Below, piece by piece: positions 1-6,385 of a stretch of 48,253 nucleotides of DNA. The translations under genes and the position numbers were made by a program. A model generated the notes under the pieces. That model saw only the letters and a program-made list of their open reading frames with translations. It did not search any database and had not been told where the DNA came from. Origin of the DNA: Klebsiella pneumoniae (GTDB lineage: Bacteria; Myxococcota_A; UBA796; SXON01); assembly GCA_945867435.1 (NCBI GenBank), contig CAMBIK010000003.1, positions 1-48,253 on the forward strand. Reading direction: 5' to 3'. Within the stretch, counting starts at the first letter, position 1; each line of letters opens with the position of its first letter.

Positions 1-1
1 G

Positions 2-178
2 GAAGATCGCCTGCGGGAGCGGGAGGCGAACGGCGACTTTGGCGCCAACTTTGTCACTGATGCCCGCGCGGTTTACCGGCTCAACGACCAGCGAGCGGCG
101 CTCAAGCGCACGGTAAATCTGCGTCTTGGCAGTGCGCTGGTCGAGGAAAAGGTGCATCCGGGTACCCCTCATGGTTGA
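2..178 (+). CDS. DUF6165-family protein, C-terminal part (5' end outside window)
   Basis: Frame 2 reads [58 protein letters not shown], matching the DUF6165 pattern (ED.IR..E...DFG..F...AR.VY..ND.RA..K..IN...GS.LVEEK). TGA at 176-178 overlaps the moaC start. Not in the ORF track. Confidence 0.75.
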   Translation, partial: EDRLREREANGDFGANFVTDARAVYRLNDQRAALKRTVNLRLGSALVEEKVHPGTPHG

Positions 179-641
179 GCTCACTCACCTCTCGCCGACC
201 GGCGAGGCCCGCATGGTGGACGTGGGAGAAAAGGAGGTCACGCGCCGGGAAGCGGTGGCCGAGGGGTTTGTGCGCATGTCGCCGGAGGCCCTCGCGGCGG
301 TGGTGGAGCGCCGGGCTCGCAAGGGGGATGTGCTCACGATCGCCCAAGTCGCCGGAATCGCCGCGGCGAAGCGAACCGGAGACCTCATTCCGCTCTGTCA
401 CCCGTTGGGGCTCGATGGCGTGGATGTGACGCTCGTGCCCATCGAAGATGGCCTGCGCATCGAGGCTTCAGCACGTTGCACCGGCAAGACGGGCGTCGAG
501 ATGGAAGCCCTGACCGCCGTGGCGATCGCGGCCCTGACCGTGATCGACATGCTCAAGGCGGTCGACAAGGCCATGCGTGTGGAGGGGGTTCGGCTGTTGC
601 GGAAGTCCGGCGGGCGTTCGGGCGACTGGGAGGCCCCGTGA
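171..641 (+). CDS. moaC: Cyclic pyranopterin monophosphate synthase MoaC
   Basis: LTHL...[48 protein letters not shown] motifs; ATG at 171. Confidence 0.97.
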   Translation: MVELTHLSPTGEARMVDVGEKEVTRREAVAEGFVRMSPEALAAVVERRARKGDVLTIAQVAGIAAAKRTGDLIPLCHPLGLDGVDVTLVPIEDGLRIEASARCTGKTGVEMEALTAVAIAALTVIDMLKAVDKAMRVEGVRLLRKSGGRSGDWEAP

Positions 642-1168
642 TCGTCCTCGCGGCGCTGTTCGGTTGCGCCACACAGCCGGAGTCAGAACATTCGGAGGTT
701 ACGGGCTCAATTCCCTGTGATTTGTGTTCCGGGCTTTGCTACGAAACCGACGCGCCGAGCGTGGGAAGCGCGCATGTGTCGGGCGATGTGGTCTACGTCG
801 ATGAGCCTCCCACCTCCGGCGATCACAACCCTTGTTGGGCGGAATGGGGGGTGCACACCGAAGAGGTGGCCGCCGAAAACTGGGTCCACAACCTGGAACA
901 CGGGGGGGTGGTGTTCCTGTACGACTGCCCCGACGACAGCTGCGTGGAAGAAGTGGCCGCGCTCGTGGCCTATGTCGAATCGCTGGCGTCGGGCACCGCG
1001 CTGCTGTCTCCGTACGCGCCCGCCGATCTGCCCTTCACCGTGCTGTCGTGGGAGCACCGTCTGGAATTGGGCTGCTTCGAGCTTCCCTCCCTTCAGGCGT
1101 TCTACACCGCGCATGTCGGCCGCGCGCCGGAAGATGTCACCTCCGGTCCAGGCGCGTCCTGCCTGTAG
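638..1168 (+). CDS. DUF3105 domain lipoprotein
   Basis: GTGA overlap with the moaC stop; [10 protein letters not shown] lipobox; PPTSGDH and [11 protein letters not shown] motifs. Confidence 0.85.
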   Translation: MIVLAALFGCATQPESEHSEVTGSIPCDLCSGLCYETDAPSVGSAHVSGDVVYVDEPPTSGDHNPCWAEWGVHTEEVAAENWVHNLEHGGVVFLYDCPDDSCVEEVAALVAYVESLASGTALLSPYAPADLPFTVLSWEHRLELGCFELPSLQAFYTAHVGRAPEDVTSGPGASCL

Positions 1169-1183
1169 GGCGGGTCCTACAGG
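1162..1183. terminator. Hairpin between convergent genes (possible bidirectional terminator)
   Basis: CCTGTAGG-GCGGGT-CCTACAGG; both convergent TAG stops lie in the arms; no U tract. Confidence 0.35.
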
Positions 1184-1890
1184 TCGGTTTCCAACGTGCC
1201 AGCGCCGGGACTGTCGACCAGGTCGATGGAGCCGTAGTTTCGCGGGTCCGGCAGGGTCTTCGCCCGCGTTTCCAGCGTGCCGCCGAACACGGCAATCTGC
1301 GAGCGGAGCAGCACGCCTTCGGCGCTCAGGACGAATTCGGCTCGACCGCCTTCTCCTTCCACCGCGTACTTTGTGCCCGGGACAGTCTTCCCTGCGACGG
1401 TCACGCTGACGGCTTCGCCCACCCGCAGCTCGCCTTCGAGGATGGCCCCCGTCTCGGCCACCAGGACCCCGACTTTACCCGGGGTGCCGAGGAGTCGGGT
1501 GCGACCGGGGTCGAACAAATCAAGGGTGGTGAAGGCGAGTTCCGACGCTTTCAACACCGATTCATGCAGCCCGGTGCTGTCGGCTCGAACCAACTGCCAC
1601 CCGCCGTTCGGGGCTTGGATCCCCTGCACTTCTGAACGGTCGGTGCCCACCTGAAGCGATGTGGTGAAGCTGGCGCCCCGCCCGCTGGACTGCCCGGATT
1701 GACGGCAGGTCACTTCGCCCATCGGAGAGGTGGCCTGGGTCACCACGCTGAGCACGCGTCGCTCCCCGTCGTCGCGCCGAAGGAAGCGTACTTTGACCGT
1801 GCGATCCCCCACATCCACCCCGGCCAGGAAGATGTCGTAGGCCATCGTGGACTCGTCGGCGTGGGCGAGCGTGGCGAGGAGGAACAACAT
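1177..1890 (-). CDS. Hypothetical exported protein (beta-rich)
   Basis: 237 aa with GC3-biased codons; short signal peptide MLFLLATLAHA (AxA). Confidence 0.8.
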   Translation of the reverse strand: MLFLLATLAHADESTMAYDIFLAGVDVGDRTVKVRFLRRDDGERRVLSVVTQATSPMGEVTCRQSGQSSGRGASFTTSLQVGTDRSEVQGIQAPNGGWQLVRADSTGLHESVLKASELAFTTLDLFDPGRTRLLGTPGKVGVLVAETGAILEGELRVGEAVSVTVAGKTVPGTKYAVEGEGGRAEFVLSAEGVLLRSQIAVFGGTLETRAKTLPDPRNYGSIDLVDSPGAGTLETDL

Positions 1891-2046
1891 CGGAACGATC
1901 CTAACGTGGACTGGGGCTAGTACCGCATGGCGGGTCTGCGGCTGGGTGGGATGGGGACAGCGACACGCCGGGCGCGCTACTGGCGCGACCGCGGCTGTAG
2001 GCCGGAAACCATAGGTTGGAGCCGGGGTACCCGAGTGGATGACGCG

Positions 2047-2076
2047 GTAGGGGAAGGGGCGGCGAGCCCCTTCCTC
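2047..2076 (+). repeat. REP-like palindrome, copy 1 (GTAG + 11-bp stem, GGCGA loop)
   Basis: GTAG-GGGAAGGGGC-GGCGA-GCCCCTTCCTC; same geometry as the copies at 2240 and 3801. Confidence 0.65.
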
Positions 2077-2086
2077 GTACCATGAT

Positions 2087-2149
2087 AGTCACCCATGGCG
2101 CGTTCCGCGCCTCCCAAGTCCATGAAACGTCGGGGCGCCATGGGTGACT
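2087..2149. repeat. Perfect 15-bp inverted repeat with 33-nt spacer
   Basis: AGTCACCCATGGCGC (2087-2101) / GCGCCATGGGTGACT (2135-2149). Confidence 0.85.
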
Positions 2150-2169
2150 GAGGAGAGGGGAGAGCCGCC

Positions 2170-2198
2170 GCCAAGCCGCGTTATCCACGCGGCTTGGC
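2170..2198. repeat. Perfect 12-bp inverted repeat with 5-nt loop
   Basis: GCCAAGCCGCGT-TATCC-ACGCGGCTTGGC. Confidence 0.85.
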
Positions 2199-2239
2199 CC
2201 TGACGCCCGGAGCTTGCGGAGGGCGGCAGGTTGGCGGCG

Positions 2240-2269
2240 GTAGGGGAGAGGCCGGCGAGGCATCTCCCC
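2240..2269 (+). repeat. REP-like palindrome, copy 2
   Basis: GTAG-GGGAGAGGCC-GGCGA-GGCATCTCCCC; three compensatory base-pair changes relative to copy 1. Confidence 0.65.
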
Positions 2270-2292
2270 CTGTTTCTGGTTAGGCCGCCGAC

Positions 2293-3762
2293 GTGAACCC
2301 ACGGGCCCTACGCGAGTCCCTGTCGCTGCTCCGCTCCAAGGAAGGGGGTGAGCCTCTGCCTCGCGGACAAGATCGGGTCGCGATGGCGTACCCCTCGCCG
2401 TACCGCGCGGGCATGTCGTCTCTCGGCTACCAGTGGATCTGTTCGATCCTGGCGGAAGCTGGTTTTGGCGTGGAGCGAGTCTTCCTGCCGGACGATGTGG
2501 AGGCCTGGCGGAACGCTCGCTTGTCGCCGCTGTCGATGGAATCCCACACGCCGCTCGGCAGCTTCCCGATCATCGCCGTGTCGGTGGCGTACGAGCTGGA
2601 GCTCGCTGGTCTGGTCGAACTTTTGCGTCTCGCGGGGGTGCCGCCGTTGCGCCGCGACCGCACCCCGGGCCACCCAAAAATCCTCATCGGCGGCCCGCTC
2701 ACGTTCTCGAATCCGCTCCCGTGCGCGCCGTTCGCCGATGCGATGCTCTTCGGGGAGGCCGAAGATGTCGTGGTTCCCGCGGTGCGCGGGTTCTTCGCCA
2801 CCGGCCGCTTGGACCACGTCGCGGAACTCCCTGGCGGCTGGGTGCCCGAGCACGGGGCTTGTGCCGTAAAGGTCGCCCGCGCCGACGATGCGCTTCTGCC
2901 CGCTCGCTCGCGCCTTTGGACGCCAGAGGCGGAGTTGACCAACATGTTCCTGATGGAAGGGGAACGGGGGTGCCACCGCACCTGCACGTTCTGCGTGATG
3001 CGGCGCAGCACCAACGGCGGCATGCGGCTGGTCACGCCCGACCGGCTGATGGACCTGGTGCCGGCCGGCGCCCCCCGCGTGGGGCTGGTGGGTGCGGCGA
3101 TCAGCGACCACCCGCAGCTTGTCGGGCTCCTGGAACGCATCATCGACAGCGGTCGGGGGGTGGGGATCTCCTCGCTTCGCGCCGATCGGGTGGCCTTGAA
3201 GCCCGACATTCCTCGCCTGTTGCGAAAGGGCGGCTACGCCACGCTGACCGTCGCGAGCGATGCGGCCAGCCAGCGGCTTCGGCGCGACCTTAGCAAGGGC
3301 ACCACGGAAGCCCATCTGCTGGCGTGTGCAGAAGCGGCGAAGGAACATGAGTATCGCGTGCTCAAGGTGTACATGATGGTCGGCGTGCCGGGCGAAACCG
3401 ACGACGACATCGAAGAGCTCATCGGCTTTACGCGGCGACTGGCGGCGATTCACCCGGTCGCCCTCGGGATCGCTCCGTTCGTACCCAAGTTCAACACGCC
3501 GCTGGACCGCCATGCGTTCGCCGGGATCAAGGTGGTGGAAGCGCGCCTCGACCGATTGCGGGAGGGCCTCAAGGGGGTCCGGGCCGAGGTGCGCCCGACC
3601 TCCGCCCGTTGGGCCTGGGTGGAATATCGCCTCGCGCAGGGCGGTCCGATAGCCGGGGAGGCGGTGCTCCAGGCCGTCACAGAGGGCGGCAGCTTCGCGG
3701 CGTGGAAGCGTGCGCTTGGGGCGGTTGGCGACGAAGACGCCGAACGTGGGGCGGTGGCCTGA
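2293..3762 (+). CDS. Radical SAM protein (TIGR03960-like N-terminus)
   Basis: CxxxCxxC motif (RGCHRTCTFC); YP..Y..GMSSLGYQ...VERVF N-terminus; YMMVGVPGET; FVPK..TP. Confidence 0.9.
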   Translation: MNPRALRESLSLLRSKEGGEPLPRGQDRVAMAYPSPYRAGMSSLGYQWICSILAEAGFGVERVFLPDDVEAWRNARLSPLSMESHTPLGSFPIIAVSVAYELELAGLVELLRLAGVPPLRRDRTPGHPKILIGGPLTFSNPLPCAPFADAMLFGEAEDVVVPAVRGFFATGRLDHVAELPGGWVPEHGACAVKVARADDALLPARSRLWTPEAELTNMFLMEGERGCHRTCTFCVMRRSTNGGMRLVTPDRLMDLVPAGAPRVGLVGAAISDHPQLVGLLERIIDSGRGVGISSLRADRVALKPDIPRLLRKGGYATLTVASDAASQRLRRDLSKGTTEAHLLACAEAAKEHEYRVLKVYMMVGVPGETDDDIEELIGFTRRLAAIHPVALGIAPFVPKFNTPLDRHAFAGIKVVEARLDRLREGLKGVRAEVRPTSARWAWVEYRLAQGGPIAGEAVLQAVTEGGSFAAWKRALGAVGDEDAERGAVA

Positions 3763-3800
3763 GCTTAGGGCTCAGTTGCCTGAGGGGGTGTGCCTGCGGA

Positions 3801-3830
3801 GAGGGGGAGAGGGCGGCCAGCCCGTTCCCC
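3801..3830 (+). repeat. REP-like palindrome, copy 3 (degenerate tetranucleotide)
   Basis: GAGG-GGGAGAGGGC-GGCCA-GCCCGTTCCCC, between convergent genes; may also act as a terminator. Confidence 0.55.
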
Positions 3831-3839
3831 AGTTTAGGA

Positions 3840-5204
3840 TCAAATGCCGTGCGTTCGGCAGCGCTCCGCGTAGTTCTCCGGGCACTCGAGGCTCAACAGC
3901 CAGTCGCCCACCAGGGCGTCGATCGCGGGTTGGTGGGAGGCGTCGGTCGCCGCCTTGATGAGGTCGATCATCTCCTGCATCCTGGCCGTTTCACCGACGT
4001 GGGCCGTGTAGAACTCTCCGATCACGGCATCCAGTTCTTCCTGCCCGATCACGTCGGCCACCTCCTCGTAGAAGCAGGCGCCCTTCATGTAGGTCGTAAG
4101 GGACCACAGATAGTCGTTCACAAAATCGATCTCGTTGCAGGTGTCGGGCAGGACGATCGTGTTGACCAGCATCGGGTCGCGGGAGCTTTCCTCGCAGATG
4201 GGCACGAGGAAGTCGTCTACATAGTAGTCCCACTCAGACGGACCTCCGACCTGCTCCAGCGCGCGGGCGGCGATGTAGGTCGTGGTGCCTTCGGAGAGCA
4301 CGAAGTCCTCCCAGCAGGCGATGCGGACTCCATCCCCAAACCACCCATGGGCGGCTTCGTGCACCTGCGCTTCTTCGTCGTTGAAGTCGAACTTCCCGAC
4401 ATGGAAGAAGGGATGATGCTCCATGCCGCCCCAGGAGTCGGCGCCCCAGTTGACCTCAACGGTCCCGGCTTCGGGGCCGAAATTGTACGCTCCGTAGATC
4501 TGCTCAAAGTAGTCGAAGGAGGCCACGAGGTTGGCGGTGCCTGCGGTCGCGGCTTCCAGTCCGCCCGCCCCGGGCAGGTACCAGGCGGACAAGGTGGTTC
4601 CAGCGGATGTCTTCCCGAGGTCCAGCTTTGTGTAGTCCCCGACCGCCACCGCAGGGATGTAGGCTGGCCCATCGCCATGCGTGGATGTCGGGTAAATGGC
4701 CGTTAGGCCCTCCTCCACACCGACCACGCTCATCGTGAAGACGACTCCGTCTTCCATCGCAGGGTTGCAGGGAAAAAGGTTGTCGCAGTAGTACGGCCAT
4801 ACGAAGCTTACGCCCAGCGAAGGCATCCATCCATCGAACGTGGCTGGCGTTCTTGCCGGGAAGGCGTAGTCCACGACGACCGTGATGGGGTCGGGGGGGC
4901 CCGGTGCGGAGATCGAAAGAACGCCTTTCACCACATCCATCGCGACCTCTTTTCCCTCGAGGGTGACGCCCGTGAGGGTGAGCCCTGCCACGCTCAGCGT
5001 GACCTGCCCGGCCGATGGCACCACCACCAGGGTCGCCCGCCCCGTGAGGGCGGCGAGGTCGAGCGCGAGGTCGGTCGTCAGGATGTTCTGGGGACCTGGG
5101 GAATTCGTGTGCCCCGTGTCTTTCGGAGGGGTTGAGTCCTCCGTTTCCGCGCAACCGGCGAGGCTCAGCGCCAGGAGGATGAAGCTCGAGACGGAGGAGG
5201 ACAT
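3840..5204 (-). CDS. M1-family zinc aminopeptidase, lipoprotein
   Basis: GGMEH exopeptidase motif, HEAAH...E (LSEG) zinc motif, YMKGA; LAG-C lipobox; ATG at 5204 (the ORF-track start at 5291 is probably too long). Confidence 0.92.
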   Translation of the reverse strand: MSSSVSSFILLALSLAGCAETEDSTPPKDTGHTNSPGPQNILTTDLALDLAALTGRATLVVVPSAGQVTLSVAGLTLTGVTLEGKEVAMDVVKGVLSISAPGPPDPITVVVDYAFPARTPATFDGWMPSLGVSFVWPYYCDNLFPCNPAMEDGVVFTMSVVGVEEGLTAIYPTSTHGDGPAYIPAVAVGDYTKLDLGKTSAGTTLSAWYLPGAGGLEAATAGTANLVASFDYFEQIYGAYNFGPEAGTVEVNWGADSWGGMEHHPFFHVGKFDFNDEEAQVHEAAHGWFGDGVRIACWEDFVLSEGTTTYIAARALEQVGGPSEWDYYVDDFLVPICEESSRDPMLVNTIVLPDTCNEIDFVNDYLWSLTTYMKGACFYEEVADVIGQEELDAVIGEFYTAHVGETARMQEMIDLIKAATDASHQPAIDALVGDWLLSLECPENYAERCRTHGI

Positions 5205-5308
5205 TTGGGTGTCTATCCTTGCAGGATCAAAGTCAGCCTGCGATCGTGATCCGAAAAAGTGGACACCTTCACCAAGGATTGTTGCGGCCACGCGGCAGAA
5301 GGTGCCGG

Positions 5309-5331
5309 AGAAGAAGAGCCCGCGAGGGCCC
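5309..5331 (-). terminator. Possible intrinsic terminator after the cobQ fragment
   Basis: Minus strand GGGCCC-TCGC-GGGCTC followed by TTCTTCT. Confidence 0.4.
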
Positions 5332-5520
5332 CTATGGGAGCAGCCCGGTCCGATCGAGCTGGGCTTCGACGAGGCCCGACACCGCGTCGTCGAGCAGGCC
5401 GTGGAAGTAGGTGCCCGCAGCCAGGCCCGACACCGCGCCGTCGTTCCCTACGAGCGCCTTCGCGGCTTGGGTACGCCCGTGGTGAATCTCGTAGCCCTCG
5501 ACGACCAATCCCGCCGCCCT
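5332..5520 (-). pseudogene. cobQ: C-terminal fragment of cobyric acid synthase CobQ
   Basis: VEGYEIHHGRT...DGAVSG...GTYFHGLLD...LVEAQLD matches the CobQ glutaminase C-terminus; about 60 aa only, with no start or ATPase domain. Confidence 0.75.
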
Positions 5521-5560
5521 CCGGAGGGTGCTTGAAGTCGTAGAGCGCATCTTTGCTGCG

Positions 5561-5630
5561 CAAAAAAGCGAAACGCCTACTCTCGAACAAGTCGAAAGTG
5601 GGCGTTTGCTTCATGGCGGGGTGTACTGGA
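5561..5630 (-). repeat. Diverged duplicate of the tRNA-Asp 3' end plus its terminator (att-like scar)
   Basis: CAAAAAAGCGAAACGCCTAC...GGGCGTTTGCTTCATGGCGGGGTGTACTGGA aligns with 6103-6171 (CAAAAAGTGAAACGCCCGT...GGGCGTTTGCTTGATGGCGGAGCGGACGGGA); 13/17 identity over the tRNA part. Confidence 0.75.
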
Positions 5631-5719
5631 AACAGTTCGAACTTCTTGCTTCGCCCCGGAGTCCGAGGTTCGCGCTAAAATAAGTAAGTATAAGCTCATC
5701 ATGTCGCCATTACTTTCGG

Positions 5720-5995
5720 TCATCGGGCGATCCTGAGGCCGAGTGATTCGTAGGCGCCGAGCCGGCCATCGGCCGTCAGCAATGCTACCCCCTCCACGAG
5801 CGCCTGCGAGACCAGCATCCGATCGAAAGCGTCGCGATGGCCGGGGTCGGGGTACGGCAACTCCGCGCGAGCACGGCGCACCAGCGCGTCGACCACGAAG
5901 GCAGACACAGATTGGTGCTCCGCCGCGGCCGCCTGCTCGATCAGGCGCTTCTGCTCAGGGTCGATACGGAGTTCCAGTCGGGCGACGCCAGCCAT
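5720..5995 (-). CDS. Chimeric ORF: DUF1778 (RHH) antitoxin N-terminus fused to a VapC/PIN toxin C-terminus (possibly a pseudogene)
   Basis: AGAGG RBS and ATG at 5995; RLELRIDPEQKRLIEQAA...SVSAFV (DUF1778), then LP....HRDAFDRMLVSQALVEGVALLTAD...AY (PIN C-terminus). Confidence 0.75.
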   Translation of the reverse strand: MAGVARLELRIDPEQKRLIEQAAAAEHQSVSAFVVDALVRRARAELPYPDPGHRDAFDRMLVSQALVEGVALLTADGRLGAYESLGLRIAR

Positions 5996-6103
5996 TGCAA
6001 CCTCTTGTACGGCATGCACGGCACATCGAGAGTGTCGTCAAGGACAATCTGCGTTGACCGGGGCACGGGATGCACGGACTAGCAGAGTACCGGTTCGCAG
6101 TTC

Positions 6104-6148
6104 AAAAAGTGAAACGCCCGTCTCCGCACTTGGCGAAAACGGGCGTTT
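6104..6148 (-). terminator. Rho-independent terminator of the tRNA operon
   Basis: Minus strand AAACGCCCGTTTTCGC-CAAGT-GCGGAGACGGGCGTTT followed by CACTTTTT. Confidence 0.85.
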
Positions 6149-6154
6149 GCTTGA

Positions 6155-6231
6155 TGGCGGAGCGGACGGGACTTGAACCCGCGGCCTCCAGCGTGACAGG
6201 CTGGCGTTATAACCGACTTAACTACCGCTCC
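6155..6231 (-). tRNA. tRNA-Asp (GTC)
   Basis: GGAGCGG...CCAGC-CTGTCAC-GCTGG...GGTTCAAGTCC...CCGCTCC-G-CCA cloverleaf; CCA encoded. Confidence 0.97.
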
Positions 6232-6249
6232 ATGCACTCGTCGGGAGGG

Positions 6250-6322
6250 TGGGCGGAACAGGGCTCGAACCTGCGACCCGGAGCTTGTAAAGCTCCTGCT
6301 CTTCCGACTGAGCTATCCGCCC
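6250..6322 (-). tRNA. tRNA-Val (TAC)
   Basis: GGGCGGATAGCTCAG...GGAGC-TTTACAA-GCTCC...GGTTCGAGCC...TCCGCCC-A; CCA not encoded (followed by CCC). Confidence 0.96.
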
Positions 6323-6344
6323 GAGGTTCCCCGCGGGCGCCGCA

Positions 6345-6373
6345 TATGTAGTGCGCGCCCTCAGGGGTGTCAA
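6345..6373 (-). promoter_or_regulatory. Sigma70-type promoter of the tRNA-Val/Asp operon
   Basis: Perfect TTGACA, 17-nt spacer, TACATA, then a GC-rich discriminator-like stretch. Confidence 0.75.
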
Positions 6374-6385
6374 GTTGAAGCGAGG

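Larger units (their letters stand above)
5561..6154. mobile_element. Decayed genomic-island remnant at tRNA-Asp
   Basis: Bounded by the tRNA 3'-end duplication; carries toxin-antitoxin debris and an AT-rich patch (5676-5715); no intact integrase. Confidence 0.5.

Noticed and set aside
1901-2302. ORF-track entries 1901-2302 and 1977-2174
   Set aside because: Arg/Pro-rich translations of palindromic DNA, without coding-like composition.
5665-5700. AT-rich patch as a dif/Xer site or integron att site
   Set aside because: No TTATGTTAAAT-like XerD arm and no RYYYAAC/GTTRRRY pair; treated as island debris.
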